A DNA stretch of 64,000 nucleotides from Nocardioides sp. Lineage in GTDB: Bacteria > Actinomycetota > Actinomycetes > Propionibacteriales > Nocardioidaceae. Under the pieces are notes generated by a model. It saw only the letters and a program-made list of their open reading frames with translations, searched no databases and was not told where the DNA came from. Shown piece after piece: positions 56,739 to 64,000 of this stretch. A program made the position numbers and the translations under genes. Each line of letters opens with the position of its first letter. Position 1 is the first letter of the stretch. The stretch is from assembly GCA_035248385.1 (NCBI GenBank), contig DATFHM010000073.1:16653-80652 (forward strand). The letters are read 5' to 3'.

Positions 56739-57991
56739 CACGATGCCGTGCCTTCCTTGATCCTGGGGTTCCGCGGCGCAAGCTCCCGCAGGGAGGCCAC
56801 TGCCTCCGCGAGCGGTGTGCGCTCGGCGATGAGGCGCTTCTGACGGGCCACGAAGGCCGGGGCCGACCAGCCCAGCGCGGCCACGAGCCGGCCGCCGCGA
56901 CCGAGGAGCACACCGTTGCTGGGCCCGTCCAAGTTGGCGTCGATCACCTCGTCGTACCCCTGGGCCCATCCGGCCATCTGCACCTTGATGCCGTACTGGT
57001 CGGACCAGAAGTACGGGACGAGGGACACCGGTTCGGCAGATCCGGCTTCGCCGTCGAGCTCCGCGAGGAGGTTGCGTGCGGCGGCCCGTGCGTGCTCGGT
57101 CGCGGTCATCCAGTGCTCGACGCGGATCGCGCCGAAGAGGGGGTTGTCCCAGCGCGCGACGTCGCCGGCGGCGTACACCCCGGGCCCTGCCCGCAGGAGC
57201 TCGTCGCAGACGAGGCCGTCCGACAGCTCGAGCCCGCTGGTCTCCAACCAAGCGGTCGCGGGCTCCGCGCCCACACCCACCACGACCACGTCGGCGGGGA
57301 CGGAGGTGCCGTCGTCGAGCTCGACCGCCGTGACCCGCCCGTCCTCGGTCCGTACGCCGGCGACGCCCACGCCGCAGCGGACGTCGACCCCGTGCGAGCG
57401 GTGCAGAGTGGTGAACCGGGCACCGATGTCAGCACCCAGGACCCGCGCGAGCGGCGCCGGAGCACCTTCGACGACGGTGACCGTGAGGCCCAGCGACCGG
57501 GCCGAGCACGCGACCTCCAGACCGATGAATCCGGCGCCGACCACCACGACGTGCCCGGCGCCGCCGAGGTCCTCACGCAGGGCGACGGCGTCGTCGAGCG
57601 TGCGCAGCACGTGGACTCCCCCGCCGCTCGTGAGCCCGGGAAGGTCGCGGGCAGCCGAACCGGTCGCCACCACCAGCCCGTCGTATGGCAGCTCCTCGTG
57701 CCCGTCGAGCTCGAGGACGCGGCGCTGGACATCGAGGGCGGTCGCGCGGCGACCGAGGCGTTGGTCCACCGACGCCGACGGCAGGGCCCGTGCGGCAGCG
57801 AGGCCGATGTCGGCCACGTCCGCGGCGCCGCAGAGCAGCTGCTTGCTCAGCGGGGGCCGGTCGTACGGCGCGTGCGGCTCCTCGCCGACGAGCACGATCT
57901 CGCCGTCGAACCCGGCCGCGCGCACGCCGGTCGCCGCCGCGACGCCGGCGACCGAGGCCCCGACGACGACCACTCGACGATTGCGCTCCAT
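56738..57991 (-). CDS. Ferredoxin-NAD(+) reductase
   Basis: GASVAG, PYDRPPLSK, GAGFIGLE, AAGD, PYFWSDQY. Confidence 0.92.
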   Translation of the reverse strand: MERNRRVVVVGASVAGVAAATGVRAAGFDGEIVLVGEEPHAPYDRPPLSKQLLCGAADVADIGLAAARALPSASVDQRLGRRATALDVQRRVLELDGHEELPYDGLVVATGSAARDLPGLTSGGGVHVLRTLDDAVALREDLGGAGHVVVVGAGFIGLEVACSARSLGLTVTVVEGAPAPLARVLGADIGARFTTLHRSHGVDVRCGVGVAGVRTEDGRVTAVELDDGTSVPADVVVVGVGAEPATAWLETSGLELSDGLVCDELLRAGPGVYAAGDVARWDNPLFGAIRVEHWMTATEHARAAARNLLAELDGEAGSAEPVSLVPYFWSDQYGIKVQMAGWAQGYDEVIDANLDGPSNGVLLGRGGRLVAALGWSAPAFVARQKRLIAERTPLAEAVASLRELAPRNPRIKEGTAS

Positions 57992-57993
57992 GA

Positions 57994-59154
57994 TCAGGCC
58001 TCGCGTGCCGAGACGAGCTGGGGCTGGCCCAGGAACGGCTCCCGCAGACCGGCCTGCTCGAGGAGGGGCAGGACCTCGCGGTTGAACCGCTCGAGCTCCT
58101 CCTCCCAGTCGGAGATGAAGCTGATGGTCACGCCGTCCAACCCGGCGGCCGACATCTCGAGGATCTTCGCGGCGACCTGCTCGGGCGTGCCGACCGCCTG
58201 CGGGGTCTGCAGCCCGGCGATCGCGCCGTCGAGGGTGGCGAGGATCCGCTGGTTCGTCGCCTCGTCGTACGTCTTGGAGCTCTGGGTGAACGGCTGCGCC
58301 CACTTCAGGGCGGCCTCGCGGTCACCCTTCTCCTTGACGCAGTAGTCCCAGTGCCTGCGCGCCTCCGCCTCGGTGTCGCGGCACAGCACCGTCAGGCAGC
58401 CCATCACCTTGATGCTGCGCCCCGCGTGCTCGAAGACGGTCCGGCGCGTCTCGTCGACCTTCGCGCGGATGTCGTCGATGCGCTCGGCCGTGGTGAAGCA
58501 GACGTCGGCGTGGTCAGCGACGAAGAGCTGTCCGCGTCCCGACGCGGCGGCATTGATGATGACCGGGCGAGGCCGCTGGAGGGGCTTCGGCTTCGACAGG
58601 ACGCCCGTCGCGTTGTAGAAGCGTCCGCTGACGTCGAACTCCTCGTCCTCGCTCCACATCCGCTTGACGAACTCGATCCACTCCTCGCACCGGTCGTAGC
58701 GCGACTCGTGGTCGGCGAGGGACGGGCCGAACAGGGCCATCTCGCTCTGGTTCCAGCCGGCGACCAGGTTGAACCCGAAGCGTCCGCCCGAGATGTGGTC
58801 GATCGTCACCGCCTGCTTGGCCGCGAGCACCGGGTGGATGGTGTCGACCTGCACGGTCGCGATCACCGTGGTCTGCGAGGTCACCGAGGCGATCCCTGCC
58901 GCCCAGCTGAGCGTCTCGAACCCGGTGCCACACCAGTCGCTGGCGCCGCCGTACCCCCGCCACTTCGCGCCGGGGATGACGGCCTCGAAACCGGCACGGT
59001 CAGCCATCTGGGCGAGGCGGACCTGGTTCTCCCAGGTCGGCACGATCCGCCCCTCGGCCGCCGTCATCGACATGCCTCCGGTGTTGTTGAAGGCGAAGAG
59101 CGCGAGCTTGAAGCCGCCGTCCTTCACCAACGGTCGGGTCTCCTCCACCGTCAT
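57994..59154 (-). CDS. LLM-class flavin-dependent monooxygenase (RutA/SfnG-like)
   Basis: KWRGYGG, FETLSWAA, DHISGGRFGFNLVAGWN, PKPLQ. Confidence 0.88.
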   Translation of the reverse strand: MTVEETRPLVKDGGFKLALFAFNNTGGMSMTAAEGRIVPTWENQVRLAQMADRAGFEAVIPGAKWRGYGGASDWCGTGFETLSWAAGIASVTSQTTVIATVQVDTIHPVLAAKQAVTIDHISGGRFGFNLVAGWNQSEMALFGPSLADHESRYDRCEEWIEFVKRMWSEDEEFDVSGRFYNATGVLSKPKPLQRPRPVIINAAASGRGQLFVADHADVCFTTAERIDDIRAKVDETRRTVFEHAGRSIKVMGCLTVLCRDTEAEARRHWDYCVKEKGDREAALKWAQPFTQSSKTYDEATNQRILATLDGAIAGLQTPQAVGTPEQVAAKILEMSAAGLDGVTISFISDWEEELERFNREVLPLLEQAGLREPFLGQPQLVSAREA

Positions 59155-59363
59155 CACGCGCTCCTCTGCGCCTCGCGCAGGGCGAGGACGGCGGTCGGGC
59201 ACAGGCTGATGGCCTCCCGTACGGCGGGAAGCTGGTCGTCGGACAGCTCCTCGCTGATGACGACCACGCGACCGTCGGCGGGGTCCTGGTCGAAGACGTC
59301 GGGTGCCGCCATCACGCAGAGCCCGGCTCCGATGCAGGACTCGAGATCTACCTCGATGGTCAT
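59154..59363 (-). CDS. Ferredoxin, [3Fe-4S] type
   Basis: CIGAGLC...APDVF...CP. Confidence 0.9.
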   Translation of the reverse strand: MTIEVDLESCIGAGLCVMAAPDVFDQDPADGRVVVISEELSDDQLPAVREAISLCPTAVLALREAQRSA

Positions 59364-59386
59364 GGTTTCTCCTCGGGTTGCTGCCG

Positions 59387-60613
59387 TCACCACGTGACGG
59401 GAAGGGTCAGGGGGCCGGACATCTGGTGGTGGTCCGGCAGCCAGCGGATGTCGTCGGGTTCGGCAGCCAGCCGCAGGTCCGGGAAGCGTCGTGCCAGCGA
59501 TGTGAAGCCGAGGGTGAGCTCGAGCCGCGCCACGTGCTGGCCGGCACACAGGTGGATGCCCCCGCCGAAGGCGAGGTGGCCCCGTGCGTCACGGTCGGGC
59601 AGGAAGAGGTCCGGGTCCGGGAAGCGCTCCGCGTCACGGTTGCCCGCGAACAGCGAGACCACGACGGTCTCACCGGCCAGGATCATCACCCCGCCCAGCT
59701 CGACGTCCTCCAGGGCCGTCCGCTCGGTCGGGTTCGCGTCGATGATCGTGTGGTAGCGCAGCATCTCCTCCACCACGCGGTCCACCGACTCCGGAGCGGC
59801 CACCAACGCCTGCCACCTCGAGCGATCGCTCAGGAGGGTGAACAGGCCATAGCCGAACTGGGTCGTGGTGGTCTCGTGGCCGGCCTGGAGCATGCCGATG
59901 GCGTCCTTGACGATCTCGTCGTGGGTCATCGACCCGCCGCGGATCATGTCGCTGAGCAAGTCGTCGCCCAGCGCGGCGCTCTTGTCGGCGACCAGCCGCT
60001 CGACGTACTCGTAGAAGGCCAGGATGTCGCCGACCATGTCGTCGGGACTGACGCCGGGATCGCGGATGCGGTCGGTCAGCTCGACGAAGACCGCGCGGTC
60101 CTCCCCGGGTACCCCGAGGATGTCGCTCAGCACGAGCGCGGGCACGGGGCGCGCGAACAGCTCCATGAAGTCGGTCGGCGGCCCCTCCTGCTCGAGCGCG
60201 TCGACGGCCTCGTCGATGATCGCCTGGACCCGCTCCCGCGTGCTCTGCACGTGGTTGAACGTCAGCCGGCTCATGACGGCCCGGCGCCGGCGGGTGTGGT
60301 CCGGTGGATCGGTCTCGTTGATGAACGGGACCGCGCCCTCTTCGAGAATCCCCTCGGCGAGCCATCGGTCCAGGTCGCCGATCGGCTGGCGCCCCCAGAT
60401 GCGGCCCGCGCTGAAACGTCGGTCGGCGAGGAGCGTGCGGCCCAGCTCGTAGCTGGTCACGAGCCATCCGCTCTCCCCGTTGAGGAGGCGCACGCGGCAG
60501 ATCGGCTGCTCCTCGGCGAGCCGCTGCAGCTCCGGCGGCGGATCGATCGCACCCACGCGACCGACCGGCATCGACACGGGGCACTCGGCGGCCCGGCCGT
60601 TCTTCGAGCTCAT
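59387..60613 (-). CDS. Cytochrome P450 (CYP105-like)
   Basis: DPPDHTR, AGHETT, EEMLR, HLAFGGGIHLCAG. Confidence 0.95.
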   Translation of the reverse strand: MSSKNGRAAECPVSMPVGRVGAIDPPPELQRLAEEQPICRVRLLNGESGWLVTSYELGRTLLADRRFSAGRIWGRQPIGDLDRWLAEGILEEGAVPFINETDPPDHTRRRRAVMSRLTFNHVQSTRERVQAIIDEAVDALEQEGPPTDFMELFARPVPALVLSDILGVPGEDRAVFVELTDRIRDPGVSPDDMVGDILAFYEYVERLVADKSAALGDDLLSDMIRGGSMTHDEIVKDAIGMLQAGHETTTTQFGYGLFTLLSDRSRWQALVAAPESVDRVVEEMLRYHTIIDANPTERTALEDVELGGVMILAGETVVVSLFAGNRDAERFPDPDLFLPDRDARGHLAFGGGIHLCAGQHVARLELTLGFTSLARRFPDLRLAAEPDDIRWLPDHHQMSGPLTLPVTW

Positions 60614-60626
60614 CGTCACCTCCTCC

Positions 60627-61013
60627 TCAGAGCCCGTCGGGCAGCTGGCGGGAGTCGGTGTAGAGGTGCTCGGCGACGATCTGGCCGTCGCGGTACTGCT
60701 CGAACACCCCGTAGCGCAGGACCACCGGATCGGTCCGGCCGACTGGCGTCCCCTGGATGACCAGCTCGCCCGACAACCGGTCGGCGCTGGAGAGGATCCC
60801 CGTGACCTCGAAGGTGATGTCCGGGAGCAACGCCCGGAAGCCGTGGAGCACCTCGGCGATCGCCGCACGCCCGATCAAGGGCGCCTCCGGAGCGGTGAAG
60901 TCGACGACCACGCCGTCCTCGGCGAAGTGCTGCACCGCCTGCTCGACGTCACCGCGCTGGAGGGCGCCGACCATCTGGCGGAAGCTCGCCTCGATGTCGT
61001 GGACCTGGGTCAT
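60627..61013 (-). CDS. SnoaL/NTF2-fold protein
   Basis: HFAEDGV, GRAAI, LPDI, RDGQIV..H.Y.D. Confidence 0.8.
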   Translation of the reverse strand: MTQVHDIEASFRQMVGALQRGDVEQAVQHFAEDGVVVDFTAPEAPLIGRAAIAEVLHGFRALLPDITFEVTGILSSADRLSGELVIQGTPVGRTDPVVLRYGVFEQYRDGQIVAEHLYTDSRQLPDGL

Positions 61014-61015
61014 GA

Positions 61016-62389
61016 TCACTGCCGCCTCTCTGCGGGTGGGATGTTGCAGTTGCTGCGGAACACGTTCTGCGGGTCGTACGTCGCCTTCAGCTCGGCGAGC
61101 CGGTCGTAGTCGGCGCCCCACGTCGCGCGCAGGTCGACGCGGGTCGTGTAGTTGGGCATGGCGCCCGGGTGGACCAGGTCTGCGGCGCGGTAGCGGGCGA
61201 CCATCTCGTCCGCCCATCGCTCGCACGCGGCGTCGTCTGCCGGGTCGTCGTACATCGCGATGGCGATCAGCTCGCACCCGTGGCGCCGGTTCATCGCGGC
61301 CGGCGGGGAGGCGACCTGGCGCAGCATCGCCCCGCGGTAGGTGTAGAAGCCGATGAAGAGCTCGGCGGCCGCGGGGGCGTCCGCGAGTCGGCGCGGCTCG
61401 TCGGCCAGCAGCTCGAGCGTCTGGTCGTCCAGCTGCTTGAGGTCCGCGGCGGCCCAGTACTGCCGGCAGCTGGGGTACGCCTCGTCGAGGGCGTGGTGGA
61501 GGTCGAGCCAACCCAGCTCGGCGACGGACCGGTCGACGGCGACGCCGAAGGCGTCGACGAGAGCCACGTCGCGGGCGACCGAGACGTCGTCACCGAGGTG
61601 GGCCAGGACGACGTCGAAGGTCGCCTCGCGCCCCGGACCGACCGAGTAGCCGGCGACGACGAACACGTCCTCCGAGACCGTCCGCTCGAGAGCGCGGTAG
61701 CTGTGCAGGAAGGGCCGGACGTCCGAGGCCGGAAAGGACCAGGTGGCCAGGGTTGCCGAGGCTGGGACCGCGTGGAGCTGGGTCTCGATGGAGACCACGA
61801 CCCCGAAGTTGTCTCCGGCACCACGGAGGGCCCAGAACAGGTCCGGGTGCGAGGTCGGGGAGACGGTCACCACCTCGCCACTCGCGAGGACCACCTGCGC
61901 GGAGAGCACCCAGTCGCAGCTGTAGCCATGGCGCGGGGACAGGTGACCGGTGCCGCTGTAGATCGCGACGCCGACGAATCCGATGTGCGACAGCAGACCG
62001 GTGATCGGGGCGAGACCGTAGGGAACCGTCTCGCGCAGCACCTCGGCCTGCGTCGCGCCCGGGCCGACGCGAGCGGTACGTCGGTCGGCGTCGACGTACA
62101 CGTCGTTCATGAGAGACAGGTCGAGGAGCAGGCCGCCCTCGATCGCGGAGTGCCCACCCGGGCCGCGGCCCCCGCCGCGCACGGCGATCTCCCAACCCTG
62201 CTCGCGCGCCACCCGGAGCGCCGCGCGCACGTCCTGGACGCCGTCGCACCGGGCCACCACCGCAGGGCGGCGGTCGAAGATGTGGTTGAAGTGCTGCCGG
62301 CCGTCGTCGTAGCCAGGATCGGTCGGGACGATCCACTCGCCCCGGAAGTACGGCGGCGCCATCACCACGTCGCTGACGTCATCGATCAT
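61016..62389 (-). CDS. BBE-type FAD-linked oxidase (6-hydroxy-D-nicotine oxidase-like)
   Basis: RPAVVARC, VRGGG, DLFWALRGAGDNFGVV, RLAELKATYDPQNVF. Confidence 0.88.
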   Translation of the reverse strand: MIDDVSDVVMAPPYFRGEWIVPTDPGYDDGRQHFNHIFDRRPAVVARCDGVQDVRAALRVAREQGWEIAVRGGGRGPGGHSAIEGGLLLDLSLMNDVYVDADRRTARVGPGATQAEVLRETVPYGLAPITGLLSHIGFVGVAIYSGTGHLSPRHGYSCDWVLSAQVVLASGEVVTVSPTSHPDLFWALRGAGDNFGVVVSIETQLHAVPASATLATWSFPASDVRPFLHSYRALERTVSEDVFVVAGYSVGPGREATFDVVLAHLGDDVSVARDVALVDAFGVAVDRSVAELGWLDLHHALDEAYPSCRQYWAAADLKQLDDQTLELLADEPRRLADAPAAAELFIGFYTYRGAMLRQVASPPAAMNRRHGCELIAIAMYDDPADDAACERWADEMVARYRAADLVHPGAMPNYTTRVDLRATWGADYDRLAELKATYDPQNVFRSNCNIPPAERRQ

Positions 62390-62490
62390 GGGCGCCAGCC
62401 TGCGCTGATCGCGGCCCCGAAGAATCCCGGGGAACACCTACGTAGCCACGGATATCGCCTGTCCGCGCACTCCCGAGCGACTGCGTCGGG

Positions 62491-64000
62491 CTAGCGCTGG
62501 TGGGCCATCCAGTGGGCGACCTGGGTGCGCGCCGTGAAGTCGAGCTTGGTGAGGATGTGCTCGACGTGCGCCTCGACGGTGCGCACCGAGATCACCAGCT
62601 TGCCGGCGATCTCCTTGTTCGACATGCCCTCGCTGACGAGCTCCGCCACCTCACGCTCGCGCCGCGTCAGGACCGTGCTCGCCCTGGGGGTCGGAGCCGG
62701 CGCGGGAGCGGGCCGTTCACGCAGCGCCAGGGCGATCGCCTCGTCGACGGCCAGGGCGCTGCCGCGGTCGACCGCTGCGTCGTACTCCCGATCGCCGAGC
62801 ACCCCGCGGGCCATCGCCTCGTACTTGTCCCCCTGCTCGGTCAGGTGCGGAGACCCGATCAGCCGGCTGCCGACCAGCTGCCAGATCGCGTTCGCGGCTC
62901 CGAAAAGGGTCGCTCCGCGCCGGGCGTCGCCGCGAGCGACGGTGATCCAGGCGAGCAGGTCGATGGTGAGTCCGAGGCCCAGGGTGTCCTGGAAGTGCCG
63001 TTTGATCCTGATCGCCTCGGTGGCGTCGGCCTCGGCGTCCTCGAGCGTGCCGCGGATCAGGCCGATGAAGCCGCGCGCCCACAGGGCGTAGGAGAGCTCC
63101 CAGCGGGAGCCCGTCGAGGCGCAGCGTGCGAAGAGCTGGTCGACATGTGTGCTCGCCGCGTCGAGCTGGCCGGAGAGGATGTACACCGACACGAGCTCGA
63201 TCCGCGCCAGGTCGGCGTACTGGCCGGGTAGGTCGAGAGTGGAGAACCGGTCCAGGGCCTCGGTGAGCAGGTCGGCGGCCGCGTCGAGGTCACCGTCGAT
63301 GTTGCGCTGGGTGCCGAGCACCAGCTGCGTGAAGGCTTCCACCCAGGCATCCCCGGGCGACGCCTCGCGCGCCTGTCGGATCAGGTCAGGGACGACGGCG
63401 GTGTCACCCTGGCAGACCGCGATGTACGCCGTCGTCGCCAACGCCCAGGAACGTTCGAGTCCAGGGGTGTCGTCGAATGCCAGCGCGCGATCGAGCCAGA
63501 GCCGGCCCTCCGCGAAGTGACCCAGTGCGACCCAGAACCACGGTGCCGCGGCCATCCGCTGCGCCGTCCGGGCCTCGCCGGGTTCGGACAGGCACCACTC
63601 CAGTGCGCTGCGCAGGTTGGGCCGTTCGGCCATCAGCCTGGTCGCCCAGTCCTCCTGCTGCTGGCCGGTCCAGGCACCACCGGCGCTCTCGAGGAGGTTC
63701 AGGCACCAGTCGCGATGGCGCCGCCGAAGCTCGGTCTCGGCCCCGGCCTCCTGCAGCCGGGTCAGGCCGTAGGTCCGGATCGTCTCGAGCATCTCGAAGC
63801 GGACCTGTGAGCCGATCTGCTCACGGACGAGGATGGACTTGTCGAGAAGGCCGGCCACCGTCCGCAGCACTGATGCGGGAGGAAGTGTGTCGTCGGCGCA
63901 CACCGCCTCGAGGGCGTCGACGGTGAACCCGCCGCTGAAGACCGAGGCGCGGGCCCAGAGCGCCTTCTCCTGCGTCGTGCACAGGTCGTGGCTCCAGTCG
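62491..64000 (-). CDS. ATPase/TPR LuxR-family regulator (5' end beyond window)
   Basis: Frame open to window edge: DWSHDLC...SVFSGGF; C-terminal LTRREREVAELVSEGMSNKEIA...HVEHILTKL. Confidence 0.9.
   Translation of the reverse strand, partial: DWSHDLCTTQEKALWARASVFSGGFTVDALEAVCADDTLPPASVLRTVAGLLDKSILVREQIGSQVRFEMLETIRTYGLTRLQEAGAETELRRRHRDWCLNLLESAGGAWTGQQQEDWATRLMAERPNLRSALEWCLSEPGEARTAQRMAAAPWFWVALGHFAEGRLWLDRALAFDDTPGLERSWALATTAYIAVCQGDTAVVPDLIRQAREASPGDAWVEAFTQLVLGTQRNIDGDLDAAADLLTEALDRFSTLDLPGQYADLARIELVSVYILSGQLDAASTHVDQLFARCASTGSRWELSYALWARGFIGLIRGTLEDAEADATEAIRIKRHFQDTLGLGLTIDLLAWITVARGDARRGATLFGAANAIWQLVGSRLIGSPHLTEQGDKYEAMARGVLGDREYDAAVDRGSALAVDEAIALALRERPAPAPAPTPRASTVLTRREREVAELVSEGMSNKEIAGKLVISVRTVEAHVEHILTKLDFTARTQVAHWMAHQR

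Noticed and set aside
44646-62389. Secondary-metabolite biosynthetic cluster (P450, SnoaL, BBE)
   Set aside because: No scaffold-building enzyme or exporter is visible, and semialdehyde dehydrogenases plus an uptake protein favour catabolism. Core genes beyond the window cannot be excluded.

Overview
High-GC actinobacterial chromosomal segment (Nocardioides-like by gene content and intergenic repeats; this is inference). No rRNA, tRNA, CRISPR array or intact transposase was seen. From left to right: (1) type IV pilus genes pilA-pilT-pilB-pilC (pilC runs off the window edge); (2) a PLP decarboxylase, a PAP2 phosphatase and an S53 peptidase; (3) a coupled five-gene operon encoding a lipoprotein, an atypical NRAMP, a PRC-barrel-like protein, a heme-oxygenase-like diiron enzyme and a CDGSH Fe-S protein; (4) a YDG/MBG-repeat surface protein, MscL and PepN; (5) a ~16 kb putative D-amino-acid/peptide salvage regulon (M20 peptidase, GNAT, NSAR/OSBS racemase, PucR regulator, an erythromycin-esterase/prolyl-oligopeptidase fusion, an Opp ABC transporter, an M19 dipeptidase and a beta-lactamase-fold hydrolase) whose promoters share a motif; (6) GGDEF, thiolase/HxlR, phosphoesterase, lipase/TetR and acyl-CoA ligase genes; (7) a ~19 kb co-oriented oxidative catabolic cluster next to an ATPase-LuxR regulator (BBE-type oxidase, P450 with ferredoxin and reductase, two luciferase-like monooxygenases, flavin reductase, RidA, an M29-fold metalloenzyme, two aldehyde dehydrogenases, amidohydrolase, two SnoaL proteins, GMC and FAD oxidases, orphan binding protein) that resembles N-heterocycle ring-cleavage pathways. 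Blocks 5 and 7 are the best candidates for uncharacterised systems. All calls come from motif reading only, and start codons were chosen by eye.
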